From an uncultured delta proteobacterium (GTDB lineage Bacteria > Desulfobacterota > Binatia > UBA9968): a stretch of DNA of 64,000 bases. Shown piece by piece: positions 19,680 through 29,010 of the stretch (the first letter of the stretch is position 1; every line of letters begins with the position of its first letter). The stretch lies in contig CAWJZV010000006.1 of assembly GCA_963847445.1 (NCBI GenBank), positions 64,001 through 128,000 of the forward strand, read 5' to 3'. Below the pieces are notes generated by a model. That model made no database searches. It was not told the origin of the DNA and saw only the letters and a program-made list of their open reading frames with translations. Made by a program: the position numbers and the translations under genes.

Positions 19680-20852
19680 TTGGCTATTCTGGTTGTTCTC
19701 GTTTCGATCACGCCGCTCTGGTCGTTTACCCCGGAGGACGATCTGACGGCGAAGTCCGCGCTGCTGATGGATGCCGCCACGGGCAGGATCCTGTTTCAAA
19801 AAGAGGCCGACCTGCGGTTACCGCCTGCAAGCACGACCAAGGTGATGACCGCCATTCTGGCTTTAGAAAGCGGCCGCAAGCTCAGCGAAAACCTGACGGT
19901 ATCTAAAGACGCCACGCGCGTGCCGCCTTCCAAGTTGTACTTGCGCCCTGGGCAGACGCTGCCCATCGAAGAGCTGCTCTATGCCATCATGCTCGCTTCG
20001 GCCAATGACGCCAGTGTGGTCTTGGCCGAAGGGATCGGCGGATCGGTGGAACGCTATACCGATCTCATGACCAAAAAAGCCCATAGTTTGGGTGCCACCA
20101 ACAGTCATTTTACCAACCCTCATGGTCTGACGGCGCCGGACCATTATTCGACGACGCGCGATCTGGCGACGATTTTTCGCTACGCCATGAAGATTCCGCT
20201 GTTTCGTGAAATCGTCCAGACCAAATTCAGCTCGGTGAACTCGCTGGCGGTGATAAAAAAGAAAGTCGTGCCGCGCCGCATCTCGGTGCGCAATCATAAC
20301 CGGCTGTTATGGGACTACGAAGGCGCTCTGGGAGGCAAGACTGGTTACACCCACGCGGCGCAACGTTGTTATGTCGGCGCGGTGCAGCGCGACGGCGCGA
20401 CACTGATCGTGGCGATCTTGGGCGCCACCAATATGTGGAGCGACGCCAAACACCTGCTCGCATACGGCTTTGACAATTACGAGACCCTCAAGTCCGCGTC
20501 GCAGACCACGCAAAAGCCGGTATTCAGCGAAGGCTCGTCACGCCAACGGATCTCGACGGTCATCCTACCCGGCGATAATCCGCGGCCTAAATCTCTCGAC
20601 GGCTTCGTATTGCAAGTCGGTTCGTTCCGCGAACGGGAACGCGCCGAATTGCTGTCACGGCAGATTAACGAGCTGGGTTTCGACGCGTTTATCGATGTCG
20701 CCGAGGCGGGCCGGAACGAAGCCGCCTATCGCGTCCAGGTGGGCCCCTATGCCGAACTGGTGGCCGCTCAGGAAGTCGCTCAAGTCCTCCTCGCCAAAAA
20801 CGGCCAGCGGTCATTGATCCGGCAATTCCCGGCAGCGCGCGAGGGCAGCTGA
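19680..20852 (+). CDS. D-alanyl-D-alanine carboxypeptidase (S11) with C-terminal SPOR domain
   Basis: PASTTK, SAND, KTG; LQVGSF...YRVQVGPY. Confidence 0.92.
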   Translation: MAILVVLVSITPLWSFTPEDDLTAKSALLMDAATGRILFQKEADLRLPPASTTKVMTAILALESGRKLSENLTVSKDATRVPPSKLYLRPGQTLPIEELLYAIMLASANDASVVLAEGIGGSVERYTDLMTKKAHSLGATNSHFTNPHGLTAPDHYSTTRDLATIFRYAMKIPLFREIVQTKFSSVNSLAVIKKKVVPRRISVRNHNRLLWDYEGALGGKTGYTHAAQRCYVGAVQRDGATLIVAILGATNMWSDAKHLLAYGFDNYETLKSASQTTQKPVFSEGSSRQRISTVILPGDNPRPKSLDGFVLQVGSFRERERAELLSRQINELGFDAFIDVAEAGRNEAAYRVQVGPYAELVAAQEVAQVLLAKNGQRSLIRQFPAAREGS

Positions 20853-20865
20853 GCGAGAGCGCTGA

Positions 20866-21600
20866 CTAAAGCTCAAGCACCATCCCATCGTCGGCAACCA
20901 CAGCCGATATTTCATTTCTACGCGATAGCATTTCTTCGCCCAGGTGGGTGAGGACGAGCTGCTTGCAGCGCAAACGGTCGAGGTTGGCTGTTATGGCCTG
21001 ATAGTTGACATGCATGCCGGGCTGCTCGCTAAAAAACGAACATTCGCAGAGAAACAAATCGACGCCGCGGGCGTGCTCGATGAAACTCTCGGTCCACAGC
21101 GAATCGCCGGAAAACAAAATCTGTTTGCCGTCATAGCCGACCTTCAAGGCTAACGAAATCTCGTCGGTTTGGTGCGGCACGCGAAAAGGCACGACTTCAA
21201 TGCCGTTGACGTTAGCCGGTTCGTCAGGATGCAAGACCATAAAGCGCGTCGGCGGAATCTCCTTGTCATTGGTCGTCCCGCCATACATCAATTGGAACAG
21301 CGCGCGGACTTTCACTTCCGTCCCCGGCGGGCCGGCAATCACCAGCGGTTCGAGTCTGGGCCGGAGATACAAATACTCGATGAAGAAAAATGCAATGCCG
21401 CCGAAATGATCGCCATGCAAATGGCTCAGAAGGATCGTATCGATGCGCCGTGGATCGAAGCCGGCGCGCTTGAGCGCCAATAAAGTCGTCGGCCCGCAGT
21501 CGAGCAGAAATATCTTGTCCGCAGTTTCGACAAGGTAGCCGCTCTGATTGCGCCCGCCGCTGCCAAAGGCATCGCCGCAGCCGAGAATGTGCAGTTTCAT
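20866..21600 (-). CDS. MBL-fold metallohydrolase (RNase Z-like)
   Basis: SHLHGDH, SGD, THL. Confidence 0.9.
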   Translation of the reverse strand: MKLHILGCGDAFGSGGRNQSGYLVETADKIFLLDCGPTTLLALKRAGFDPRRIDTILLSHLHGDHFGGIAFFFIEYLYLRPRLEPLVIAGPPGTEVKVRALFQLMYGGTTNDKEIPPTRFMVLHPDEPANVNGIEVVPFRVPHQTDEISLALKVGYDGKQILFSGDSLWTESFIEHARGVDLFLCECSFFSEQPGMHVNYQAITANLDRLRCKQLVLTHLGEEMLSRRNEISAVVADDGMVLEL

Positions 21601-21738
21601 ACTGGCAGTTGAACTTCTCTACACCGTACCTAACATCGCAACTGGCGCGTTAGCAATGCCCTGTGGTGACCATCGCTGCTCGTTCGTTGCCCCAGCGATA
21701 AGTTGCTTTTTCCCTAGCGTGCGACTAAAGTTGCCGTC

Positions 21739-22191
21739 GTGGCAGAAGTCAAGCGGCCGTTTTTCACCTCTTATAGCACTAGCCTTTGGGTTCGTTTTCT
21801 CCGTTTTGGTTTGCATTCGCACAAGAAGCTTGAGGACGACTTGCAAGAATTAGGGCTGACACCGCCGCAATTCTACGTGCTGGCGACCATCGGCTATGCT
21901 GGCAGCCTGCCCTTCGGCGAGATCGGCGCGAAAATGTTGGTGACGGTGAGCAATCTCACCGGCATCGTCGACCGGCTTGAGGGTAAAAAATTCGTCGCGC
22001 GCAGGCGTGACGAGAGGGACCGCCGGGTCGTCCATGTGATGCTGACCGACAGGGGCGCCAAACTTTACAAGAGCACGATTCCGTTATTCGAAAAATGCGT
22101 CGGCGAAATCTTCGCCGGGCTGAGCAAGGCCGAGCAGAAACAGCTGTCGGCGCTGCTGCGGCAGCTCGATCATGAACCCGTGGCGAAGTAA
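21739..22191 (+). CDS. MarR family transcriptional regulator
   Basis: LTPPQF, SNLTGIVDRLE, DRR...LT..G. Confidence 0.92.
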   Translation: MAEVKRPFFTSYSTSLWVRFLRFGLHSHKKLEDDLQELGLTPPQFYVLATIGYAGSLPFGEIGAKMLVTVSNLTGIVDRLEGKKFVARRRDERDRRVVHVMLTDRGAKLYKSTIPLFEKCVGEIFAGLSKAEQKQLSALLRQLDHEPVAK

Positions 22192-22287
22192 CCGACGGGC
22201 GGCGATGCACGCGCCGTAATCTCTCAATATCGATCTGGGTATTCATTCTTTAGAAGGCGGAGGTCAGACGGATGATGCGCCGTTTGA

Positions 22288-22331
22288 TTGACACCGAATA
22301 TGGGCAAGTTATAACAGTTTATACTTTAACT
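22288..22331 (+). promoter_or_regulatory. sigma70-like promoter overlapped by an AT-rich imperfect palindrome (possible MarR operator)
   Basis: TTGACA-N16-TATAAC; GTTATAAC palindrome and AGTTTATACTTTAACT. Confidence 0.5.
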
Positions 22332-22354
22332 AATTTTCTTCGGCGTTAATTTTC

Positions 22355-23569
22355 ATGGCAGACGAAAACAACAAACCGCTGGGACTCGAACGAGTTAAAA
22401 AATGGCTTTATGCCAAGGGACTCGACGAGCGCAGCAGCGGCTGTGTGCTTTGCGGGTCGTGCTATGGCCATGGGCCGGCCAATCCGATGGAGGATGTGCC
22501 TGGGCCGAAAGAAAAATGTCCACCCTATGAGTACTACAAATTTCAGCGTCACACGCCGAAATCGCGCTGGCTGATGGCGCAGCGGGTGTTTCATGGTCTC
22601 GATCCGATCACGCCGGAGCTGAAAGAGGTAATGTACGCCTGCACAAACTGTCTGATGTGCCAGGAACTCTGCGGCGTGCGCGGCGATGGTTACGGGCCAT
22701 GGGATATCACCGTGGCGATGCGCGAGGAAATCACCGAAAAAGACGGTCCGTTGCCGGCGCACCGGCCGATTTACAATGGACTCCAACAACATGACAGTCC
22801 TTGGGGGCAAACCACGCGCGGCGCATGGGCCGCAGGCTTGGGACTAAAACAACTCAGCGACGGCAAAGCCTCGACGCTACTATTCGCCGGCTGTTCGGCG
22901 GAACGCGCCAGCGGCAAGAGCGGCGCCATCGCACTGGCCAAGTTGATGCAAAAAGCCGGTGAGGATTTCGCGATACTCGGCGATCGGGAAAAATGCTGCG
23001 GCCTGTACGCCTTCGATCTCGGTTTCCGCCGCGAGTATGAACGTTTGAAAGACACCAATTTGGCGACGTTGACGCAAGCGGGCGTCAAGAAAGTGGTCGT
23101 CGCTTGCGGCAGTTGCCAACGCATCTGGCGCGAGTACGCCAAAGAAGCGCAAGGCTTTGAAGTTATCCATGGAGTCGAGTTTGTCGCCCAGGCGCTCCAA
23201 GCCGGCCAGCTCAAATTTACCAAGCCGATCGCCAAGAAAGTAACTTACCACGATTCTTGTCACCTCGGCCGCGGCTGCGGGGTTTACGATCCGCCGCGGC
23301 AAATTCTCCGGGCGATTCCTGGCCTGCAACTGGTCGAGATGGAGCGCAACCGGCGCTGGGCTTGGTGTTGCGGCGGCGGTGGCGGCGTGCCCGAAGCCGA
23401 TCCCGATTTAGCCCAGTGGAACGCGACGGACCGCATGCGCGAAGCGCATGCCAGCGGCGCCGAACTGATGCTGACATCGAGCGCGCTGTGCCAACGGTCC
23501 TTCGGCGAGTTGCCCGATGGCGGGCTGCCGACCGAAGATTTACTCGAATTTATTTTACCGGCGCTTTGA
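22355..23569 (+). CDS. Fe-S oxidoreductase with two CCG domains (GlpC/HdrD-like)
   Basis: CVLCGSC...CP; CTNCLMCQELC; CCG; YHDSCHLGR; CCGGGG. Confidence 0.88.
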   Translation: MADENNKPLGLERVKKWLYAKGLDERSSGCVLCGSCYGHGPANPMEDVPGPKEKCPPYEYYKFQRHTPKSRWLMAQRVFHGLDPITPELKEVMYACTNCLMCQELCGVRGDGYGPWDITVAMREEITEKDGPLPAHRPIYNGLQQHDSPWGQTTRGAWAAGLGLKQLSDGKASTLLFAGCSAERASGKSGAIALAKLMQKAGEDFAILGDREKCCGLYAFDLGFRREYERLKDTNLATLTQAGVKKVVVACGSCQRIWREYAKEAQGFEVIHGVEFVAQALQAGQLKFTKPIAKKVTYHDSCHLGRGCGVYDPPRQILRAIPGLQLVEMERNRRWAWCCGGGGGVPEADPDLAQWNATDRMREAHASGAELMLTSSALCQRSFGELPDGGLPTEDLLEFILPAL

Positions 23570-23581
23570 TTTTTCAATCTT

Positions 23582-24316
23582 ATGGTTAAAGAACCGCACT
23601 TCACACCGCAACGGATGCTCAATATGCTCGGGCTCAAGCCGAACTCGCTCGGCCCCTACGCGCTGGTCCCCGGTCCGAAGGAACGCAGTGAGATGATGTT
23701 GAAACTCTTGGACGAGCCGCAAAAGAGTTTCACTTTCCTCGACTACGAGATGCACACCGGCGGGCTCGACGGCAAGCGCGTCAGCATCGGTAACGGCGGC
23801 CGCTACGCGCCGGACACGGCGATTACCACCGAAATTCTTTGCGGCGCCGGCGCGGAATCTTTGATCCGTGTCGGCAGCTGCGGTTCGCTGCAAGACCACG
23901 TCAAGATCGGCGACCTGGTGATCGTCACCGGCGCCCTGCGCGGCGACGGCACCTCGCGCTACTATGTCGCCGAGAATTTTTCCACTGTGGCTAACGCTAG
24001 TATTGTCGTAGCCTTGAAGCGGGCGGCGGAGGATTTAAAAGTCCGTTATCATCTTGGCTGGATCTTCACCACCGATGCATTGTTTCAAGAGACGCCGGAA
24101 CTGATCGACCAACTGAACCAGCAAAACGTTGCGAGCATCGACATGGTGACCTCAACCTTCTTGACCATCGCCCAGGTGCGCGGCAAAAAAGCCGGCGCGG
24201 TGCTGGCGGTGTCGGATGAATGTCTCTATGGCAAGTTCGGCTTTCGCGATCCGGTGTTTTTCGCAGCCGAGCAAAAGACCATCGAAGTGGCGCGCCAAGC
24301 ACTCCAATACCTTTAG
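23582..24316 (+). CDS. Nucleoside phosphorylase (PNP/UDP family), divergent
   Basis: VPG..ER, IRVGSCG, RGDGTS, TTDA; canonical EME replaced by DMV. Confidence 0.85.
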   Translation: MVKEPHFTPQRMLNMLGLKPNSLGPYALVPGPKERSEMMLKLLDEPQKSFTFLDYEMHTGGLDGKRVSIGNGGRYAPDTAITTEILCGAGAESLIRVGSCGSLQDHVKIGDLVIVTGALRGDGTSRYYVAENFSTVANASIVVALKRAAEDLKVRYHLGWIFTTDALFQETPELIDQLNQQNVASIDMVTSTFLTIAQVRGKKAGAVLAVSDECLYGKFGFRDPVFFAAEQKTIEVARQALQYL

Positions 24317-24342
24317 CCATCTCTTTTCATTGAGCTAAGAAA

Positions 24343-25860
24343 ATGAGCGTCGTCCAAAGTCCGCTGTTTGAACCGGTTCTATGGCACGATGGCGGCTTCA
24401 AGATTCTCGATGAGATTCAAGTCCCGCAAAAACTCGAGTACATTGAAGTGACTGAGGTCGTCCAGGCGCTCGATGCCGTGCGCGAAATGAGGACCCGCGC
24501 CTACGGCCAGGTGCTGACCTTTCTCTACAGCAATGCGCTGGTGGCGCAGCAATACCCGGGCGATGACCCGGCGCCGCTGCGCCTGCGGTTGGCGCAGTTA
24601 ACCCAGCAATTTTGCGACGTCCGTCCGACCTTCGATTTTCGCAGTCTCGGCGGTTGCGTCGCTGAGTTTTTCGACAAGTTACCGGCTAATGGCCCAGTCG
24701 GCGAAACTATCGCGCGCCAGGCGCGGGAGTTCGGCGGTCAAATCACCCGGGCGCGCAGCGCCCGCGCTAAACGCACCGCTGCGATCCTGCCCAATCCGGC
24801 GCGGGTGTTGACCCATTGTAACATCAGCGGCGAATTGGTCGCGGTGGCTGCTTACTGCAAAGAGCTCGGCAAAGAGTTTTCTGTCATCGCCACCGAAACC
24901 CGGCCGTACTTGCAGGGCGCGCGGCTGACCGCCTGGGAGCTGGCTCAAGCTGGCGTGCAAGTATCATTGATCCCCGACTGTGCGGTGGCGCAGGTGATGG
25001 CCCAGGGCGAAGTCAACGCGGTGATCGTCGGCGCCGACCGGGTGGCGCAAAACGGCGATGTCATCAACAAAGTCGGCACCTACCCCATCGCGCGCATGGC
25101 CAAAGTGTACGGCGTGCCGTTTCACGCATTGGTGCAAGATCCGCGTTCGCTCACGCGCGGCGCCGATGTGGCCATCGAAGAGCGGCCGGCCGAGGAACTA
25201 TTAGTCTACCATGGCCGCGCATTGGTCGCCGGCGAGCAAGCGCATCTCAAAGTGCGCTATCCATCGTTCGATCTGACGCCGGAAGAGTTTATCACCAACT
25301 ATGTCGGCCTGGACGGTCTCTATACACCGGCAACCTTTCGGCTGAAATACCAGGCGGGAGCCGCGGTTGATGCGAGGGTGGCGCGCGCCGGCGCAAAATA
25401 TTTGCTGATCTACGGCGTGCCGCCGCCGAGCCAATACGCTTTTTTGCTCAGCGCGTTGAAGGCGGAGAGAGCTGAGAGCTTTTTGGTTCCCGAAATGCGC
25501 CCGGAGCTGTGGGGCGCGCGTTTGATCGTAGCAGAATTGCTCAAGCGCAATGCCCCGACCACGGTGATTTCCGACAACATGATGGGCACGTTGTTCGCGC
25601 AGGGAGAGATTGGCAAGTTATGCTTTTTCTATGACAACTTGGCGGCCGCGGGACCGCAAGGGATTTGCGGTTCGCTCTTGGCGGTGCAGCTAGCGCATTT
25701 GCATGGTGTCCCCATCGAGCTGTTTAGCGGCGAGGGTCGCAAAGAATCGACTCATGATAGCGACGTCACGACCTTTCTCGGTGAGCCGATTTGTCCGGCC
25801 GGAGTCGCGGTACGAGCAGTCGGGTCGGAAGCGGTGCCCTGGGGTTTATTCAAAAATTAG
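24343..25860 (+). CDS. Methylthioribose-1-phosphate isomerase-like (eIF2B family) protein with a second degenerate domain
   Basis: LTHCN, ETRPYLQGARLTAWEL, GADR, NKVGTY, IEER; C-terminal EMRPELWGARL...ISDNM repeat. Confidence 0.85.
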   Translation: MSVVQSPLFEPVLWHDGGFKILDEIQVPQKLEYIEVTEVVQALDAVREMRTRAYGQVLTFLYSNALVAQQYPGDDPAPLRLRLAQLTQQFCDVRPTFDFRSLGGCVAEFFDKLPANGPVGETIARQAREFGGQITRARSARAKRTAAILPNPARVLTHCNISGELVAVAAYCKELGKEFSVIATETRPYLQGARLTAWELAQAGVQVSLIPDCAVAQVMAQGEVNAVIVGADRVAQNGDVINKVGTYPIARMAKVYGVPFHALVQDPRSLTRGADVAIEERPAEELLVYHGRALVAGEQAHLKVRYPSFDLTPEEFITNYVGLDGLYTPATFRLKYQAGAAVDARVARAGAKYLLIYGVPPPSQYAFLLSALKAERAESFLVPEMRPELWGARLIVAELLKRNAPTTVISDNMMGTLFAQGEIGKLCFFYDNLAAAGPQGICGSLLAVQLAHLHGVPIELFSGEGRKESTHDSDVTTFLGEPICPAGVAVRAVGSEAVPWGLFKN

Positions 25861-25873
25861 CTAAGGTTTACCT

Positions 25874-26869
25874 GTGGTTAAAATTGACAGTGAAATGATA
25901 CGCTGGGGCGAGCGGCTCTTCGAGCGCCGGCTGATCAGTGGCTGGGGCGGCAATCTGAGTTGCCGTGTCGGGGAAAACGATTTCCTCATCACCGGCCAGC
26001 ATGCGCCGCTCGGTTTCTTAACGAGGAAAGATTTGGTGCGTATCCACGCCGACGGCAAACCGGTCAAGAAAAGCCAGCGCGCTTCGAGTGAAACGCCGAT
26101 GCATTTGGCGGTCTACGCCGGCACCGACGCTCAGGCGATCGTCCATGTGCACCCGCCGATGGTGCTGGCGTTCTCGTTGTCGCATGACAGCTTCGCGCCC
26201 CTCAGCTATGAGGAGAAGTACACCATCGGCAACGTGCCGGTGATTTCCCAGGACACGCCGACGGTGACCAAACCGGAAGCGGTGGTCGAGGCGCTTAAAT
26301 ATCATCCAGTCGCGATCATCAAAGGCCATGGCACGGTGGCGATCGGCAAAACTTTTCAAGAAGCGTTTCTCTACACCGACCTGCTCGAAGAAGCGGTGCA
26401 TTGCCAATTCTTTCAAAGCGGTATCGGCGCGGAGGGTAAGGTTGATGCGCGCTTGACCGAGCCGGTCACGGTTAGCGCCGCGGTGGGGGAAGCCTACGAG
26501 CTTTTCTCGCACGAACACATGACTGCGCTGGTCGACAGCGCCAACGGCGACCGCGACTTTCGCCAATTTGCCAGCGACACCAGTCTGACGACGTCGCTGA
26601 GCTTGCACATGGAAAATAATGACGTGGCCTGGACCGTGCAGTTCGTCGCCGGCGAGATTACCGCTTTAACCGATAATTCCGGCGGCGATTTTCTCATCAG
26701 CGGTAACGCCGAATGGTGGCGCGCGGTGTTCAGCAATAAGATCGATGCATTTTTAGCGACGCAGCAAGGTAAGTTGAAACTCAAGCGAGGCGAACTGGCG
26801 CAGTTATCGCGCTGGTACAAACCATTTCAGAGGGCATTTGCGCTATGGCAAACCATACCGATTCACTAG
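25874..26869 (+). CDS. Class II aldolase fused to an SCP2-like lipid-binding domain
   Basis: GGNLS, SSETPMH, HVHP, GHG; C-terminal DFLISG..EWW......IDAFLATQQGKLKL.G. Confidence 0.8.
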   Translation: MVKIDSEMIRWGERLFERRLISGWGGNLSCRVGENDFLITGQHAPLGFLTRKDLVRIHADGKPVKKSQRASSETPMHLAVYAGTDAQAIVHVHPPMVLAFSLSHDSFAPLSYEEKYTIGNVPVISQDTPTVTKPEAVVEALKYHPVAIIKGHGTVAIGKTFQEAFLYTDLLEEAVHCQFFQSGIGAEGKVDARLTEPVTVSAAVGEAYELFSHEHMTALVDSANGDRDFRQFASDTSLTTSLSLHMENNDVAWTVQFVAGEITALTDNSGGDFLISGNAEWWRAVFSNKIDAFLATQQGKLKLKRGELAQLSRWYKPFQRAFALWQTIPIH

Positions 26870-28374
26870 GTTTTTACGCCGCTGAAGTTTTACAGCGGAC
26901 GGCGGCGCGCCAACCGGACAAGACCGCGATCATCGCCAAGGAAGAGGAGCTGACTTTCGCCGCGCTCAATCAGCGCGTACAGGCGCTGGCCGGCCACTTG
27001 ATCGCAGACGGCATCCGCCAAGGCGATCGGGTCGGCGTGCTCTTGCCCAACTCCACGGCGATACCGCTCGCTTATTATTCAACGCAGAAGATCGGCGCCG
27101 TGACCGTGATCCTCGACGCCCGCTTGAAGGGCAAAGAGCTAGAAGGCGTGTTGCAGGACGCCGATTTGAAACTGTTGGTGGTGCACCAAACTCTTTATTC
27201 GGAAGTCGAAGAGATTTTTAAAACTATCGCGCCGATCCCGGTTTGGATCGCCGGTGGCACGGGCGAGCGCGGTTTCGAGCATCGTTTCACCGCTACGGCT
27301 GGCGCGACGTACCTGCCAGAGCTCAAGCCTGACGACGATGCTTTGATACTTTATACCTCCGGCACCACCGGCGAGCCCAAAGGCGTGGTGCTGTCCTATC
27401 GCAATCTGCTGCAGTATCCCAAGGTGATGGGCGCGATGAACGTCTGCGATGCCACGACGATGCGTGGCTGCGTACTGCCGATGTCGCATATCGTCGGTCC
27501 GGTGGTGTGTAACGAGTTAGCGGAAAAGGGCTACACGCTGGTGATCTTCGATCAGATCAATCCGGTTACTTTGCTCGAAGGCATTCAAAAATACCGCGTC
27601 AATGTTTTCGAAAGCGTGCCCATCGTGTTTCAGCTTTTGCTCGGTGTGAAAAACTTGGCTAGCTACGACACCAGCAGCATGAAGATCGCCGCGATGATGG
27701 GCACGAGCATTCCGATGCCGCTGTTGCGCGCGTTCCAAACCGCCCAACCGCATATCAAAGTCATCCAAGGTTACGGTCTGACGGAAACGTCGCCGATGAT
27801 CACGCTGGTCGAGCCGGAAAAAGCGGAAGCCAAGATGGGCAGCATCGGCCGCGCCGTACCGGGCGTGGAAGTGAAGATCGTCGATGACTACGACAAGGAA
27901 GTGCCGGTCGGCGAAGCGGGAGAAATCATCACCCGCGGCCCCCATATCATGAAAGGTTATTTTCGCCGGGCCGATGCTACGGCGCAACGTATCCGCAACG
28001 GCTGGCTCTATACCGGTGATGTCGGCAAGGTGGAAGCGGATGGCTACTACTATCATCTCGGCCGGCGCGACGACATGATCATCACCGGCGGCTTGAACGT
28101 CTATCCCGCCGAAGTGGAGAATTTGATTTACACCTATCCTGGCGTGCAGGAGACCATTGTCTTCGCCATCCCCGATGCCAAGCGCGGCCAAGTGATCGGC
28201 GCCGCGATTGTACAGCGGCCGGGCGCGACGGTGGTCGAAAAAGAGCTGCTGAGTTTTCTGCGCGCCAACCTGGCGAATTTTAAAGTGCCCGACCAGATCG
28301 TTATCCGCGAGTCGCTGCCGCGCACCTCGTCGGGCAAGACGATCCGCGATGCGGCGACGCTGCTGGGGAACTAG
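26845..28374 (+). CDS. Long-chain acyl-CoA synthetase (ANL family)
   Basis: YTSGTTGEPKG, QGYGLTE, TGD, GRRDD, LPRTSSGK. Confidence 0.92.
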   Translation: MANHTDSLGFYAAEVLQRTAARQPDKTAIIAKEEELTFAALNQRVQALAGHLIADGIRQGDRVGVLLPNSTAIPLAYYSTQKIGAVTVILDARLKGKELEGVLQDADLKLLVVHQTLYSEVEEIFKTIAPIPVWIAGGTGERGFEHRFTATAGATYLPELKPDDDALILYTSGTTGEPKGVVLSYRNLLQYPKVMGAMNVCDATTMRGCVLPMSHIVGPVVCNELAEKGYTLVIFDQINPVTLLEGIQKYRVNVFESVPIVFQLLLGVKNLASYDTSSMKIAAMMGTSIPMPLLRAFQTAQPHIKVIQGYGLTETSPMITLVEPEKAEAKMGSIGRAVPGVEVKIVDDYDKEVPVGEAGEIITRGPHIMKGYFRRADATAQRIRNGWLYTGDVGKVEADGYYYHLGRRDDMIITGGLNVYPAEVENLIYTYPGVQETIVFAIPDAKRGQVIGAAIVQRPGATVVEKELLSFLRANLANFKVPDQIVIRESLPRTSSGKTIRDAATLLGN

Positions 28375-28456
28375 CTCGGAATTCTGGCCGCAAAGATCGC
28401 AAAAAAGAATGTCATTCGAGCGAAGAGAGAAATCTTTGTGAGAAACCTCGGATTGG

Positions 28457-28510
28457 GATGACGGGCTTTGCCCGTCACTTGGCGTCTTTGCGCCTTTGCG
28501 GGAGAAATTT
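28457..28510. repeat. REP-like palindromic element (half copy)
   Basis: GATGACGGGCTTTGCCCGTCACTTGGCGTCTTTGCGCCTTTGCGGGAG, near-identical to 28918-28965. Confidence 0.8.
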
Positions 28511-28524
28511 CTTAACTGGGTCGA

Positions 28525-28854
28525 ATGAAGAAAGCCAAGACTAAGGTCGTCGACAGCGGCGAAGAGCTGCTGGCGACGTTTACGAGCGCGGCGGGGATCA
28601 TTCTCGCTGTCACCGAGAACCGCAATTGGATCGAAGTGTTTTTCGACGGCGTGATCATGCACACCGAGACCGTCAATCTGCCGGCGGGCAAGCTCTTCAA
28701 TATCTACGTCGAAGAGATCGCGCATAAGTCGACGGTTTACGAGCATCCGCGCACGATGATCTATTTCGACGGGCCGTACGATCTGCGAATGACGCGCGAC
28801 GGCGATCGGGTGATCGTCACCGGCACGCCCAACCCACGCGAGAATACGGCGTGA
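28525..28854 (+). CDS. Hypothetical beta-rich protein
   Basis: Host-like codon usage; bracketed by REP elements. Confidence 0.7.
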   Translation: MKKAKTKVVDSGEELLATFTSAAGIILAVTENRNWIEVFFDGVIMHTETVNLPAGKLFNIYVEEIAHKSTVYEHPRTMIYFDGPYDLRMTRDGDRVIVTGTPNPRENTA

Positions 28855-28858
28855 AGGC

Positions 28859-28980
28859 TCGGATTATCTCTCGCAAAGGCGCAAAGACGCAAAGGTAGAG
28901 AAGTTTCCTCGGCTCTGGATGACGGGCCTTGCCCGTCACTTGGCGTCTTTGCGCCTTTGCGGAGTAATCTCCTAATCCGA
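28859..28980. repeat. REP/MITE-like inverted-repeat element (full copy)
   Basis: TCGGATTA...CGCAAAGGCGCAAAGACGCAAAG is inverted against CTTGGCGTCTTTGCGCCTTTGCG...TAATCCGA, with internal hairpin TGACGGGC/GCCCGTCA. Confidence 0.8.
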
Positions 28981-29010
28981 TGTCTCTATCTTACCGTGGT
29001 GAGTAAATCT

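Noticed and set aside
27517-28746. 409-aa minus-strand ORF and similar long antisense ORFs
   Set aside because: Shadow frames of high-GC3 genes, with no motifs
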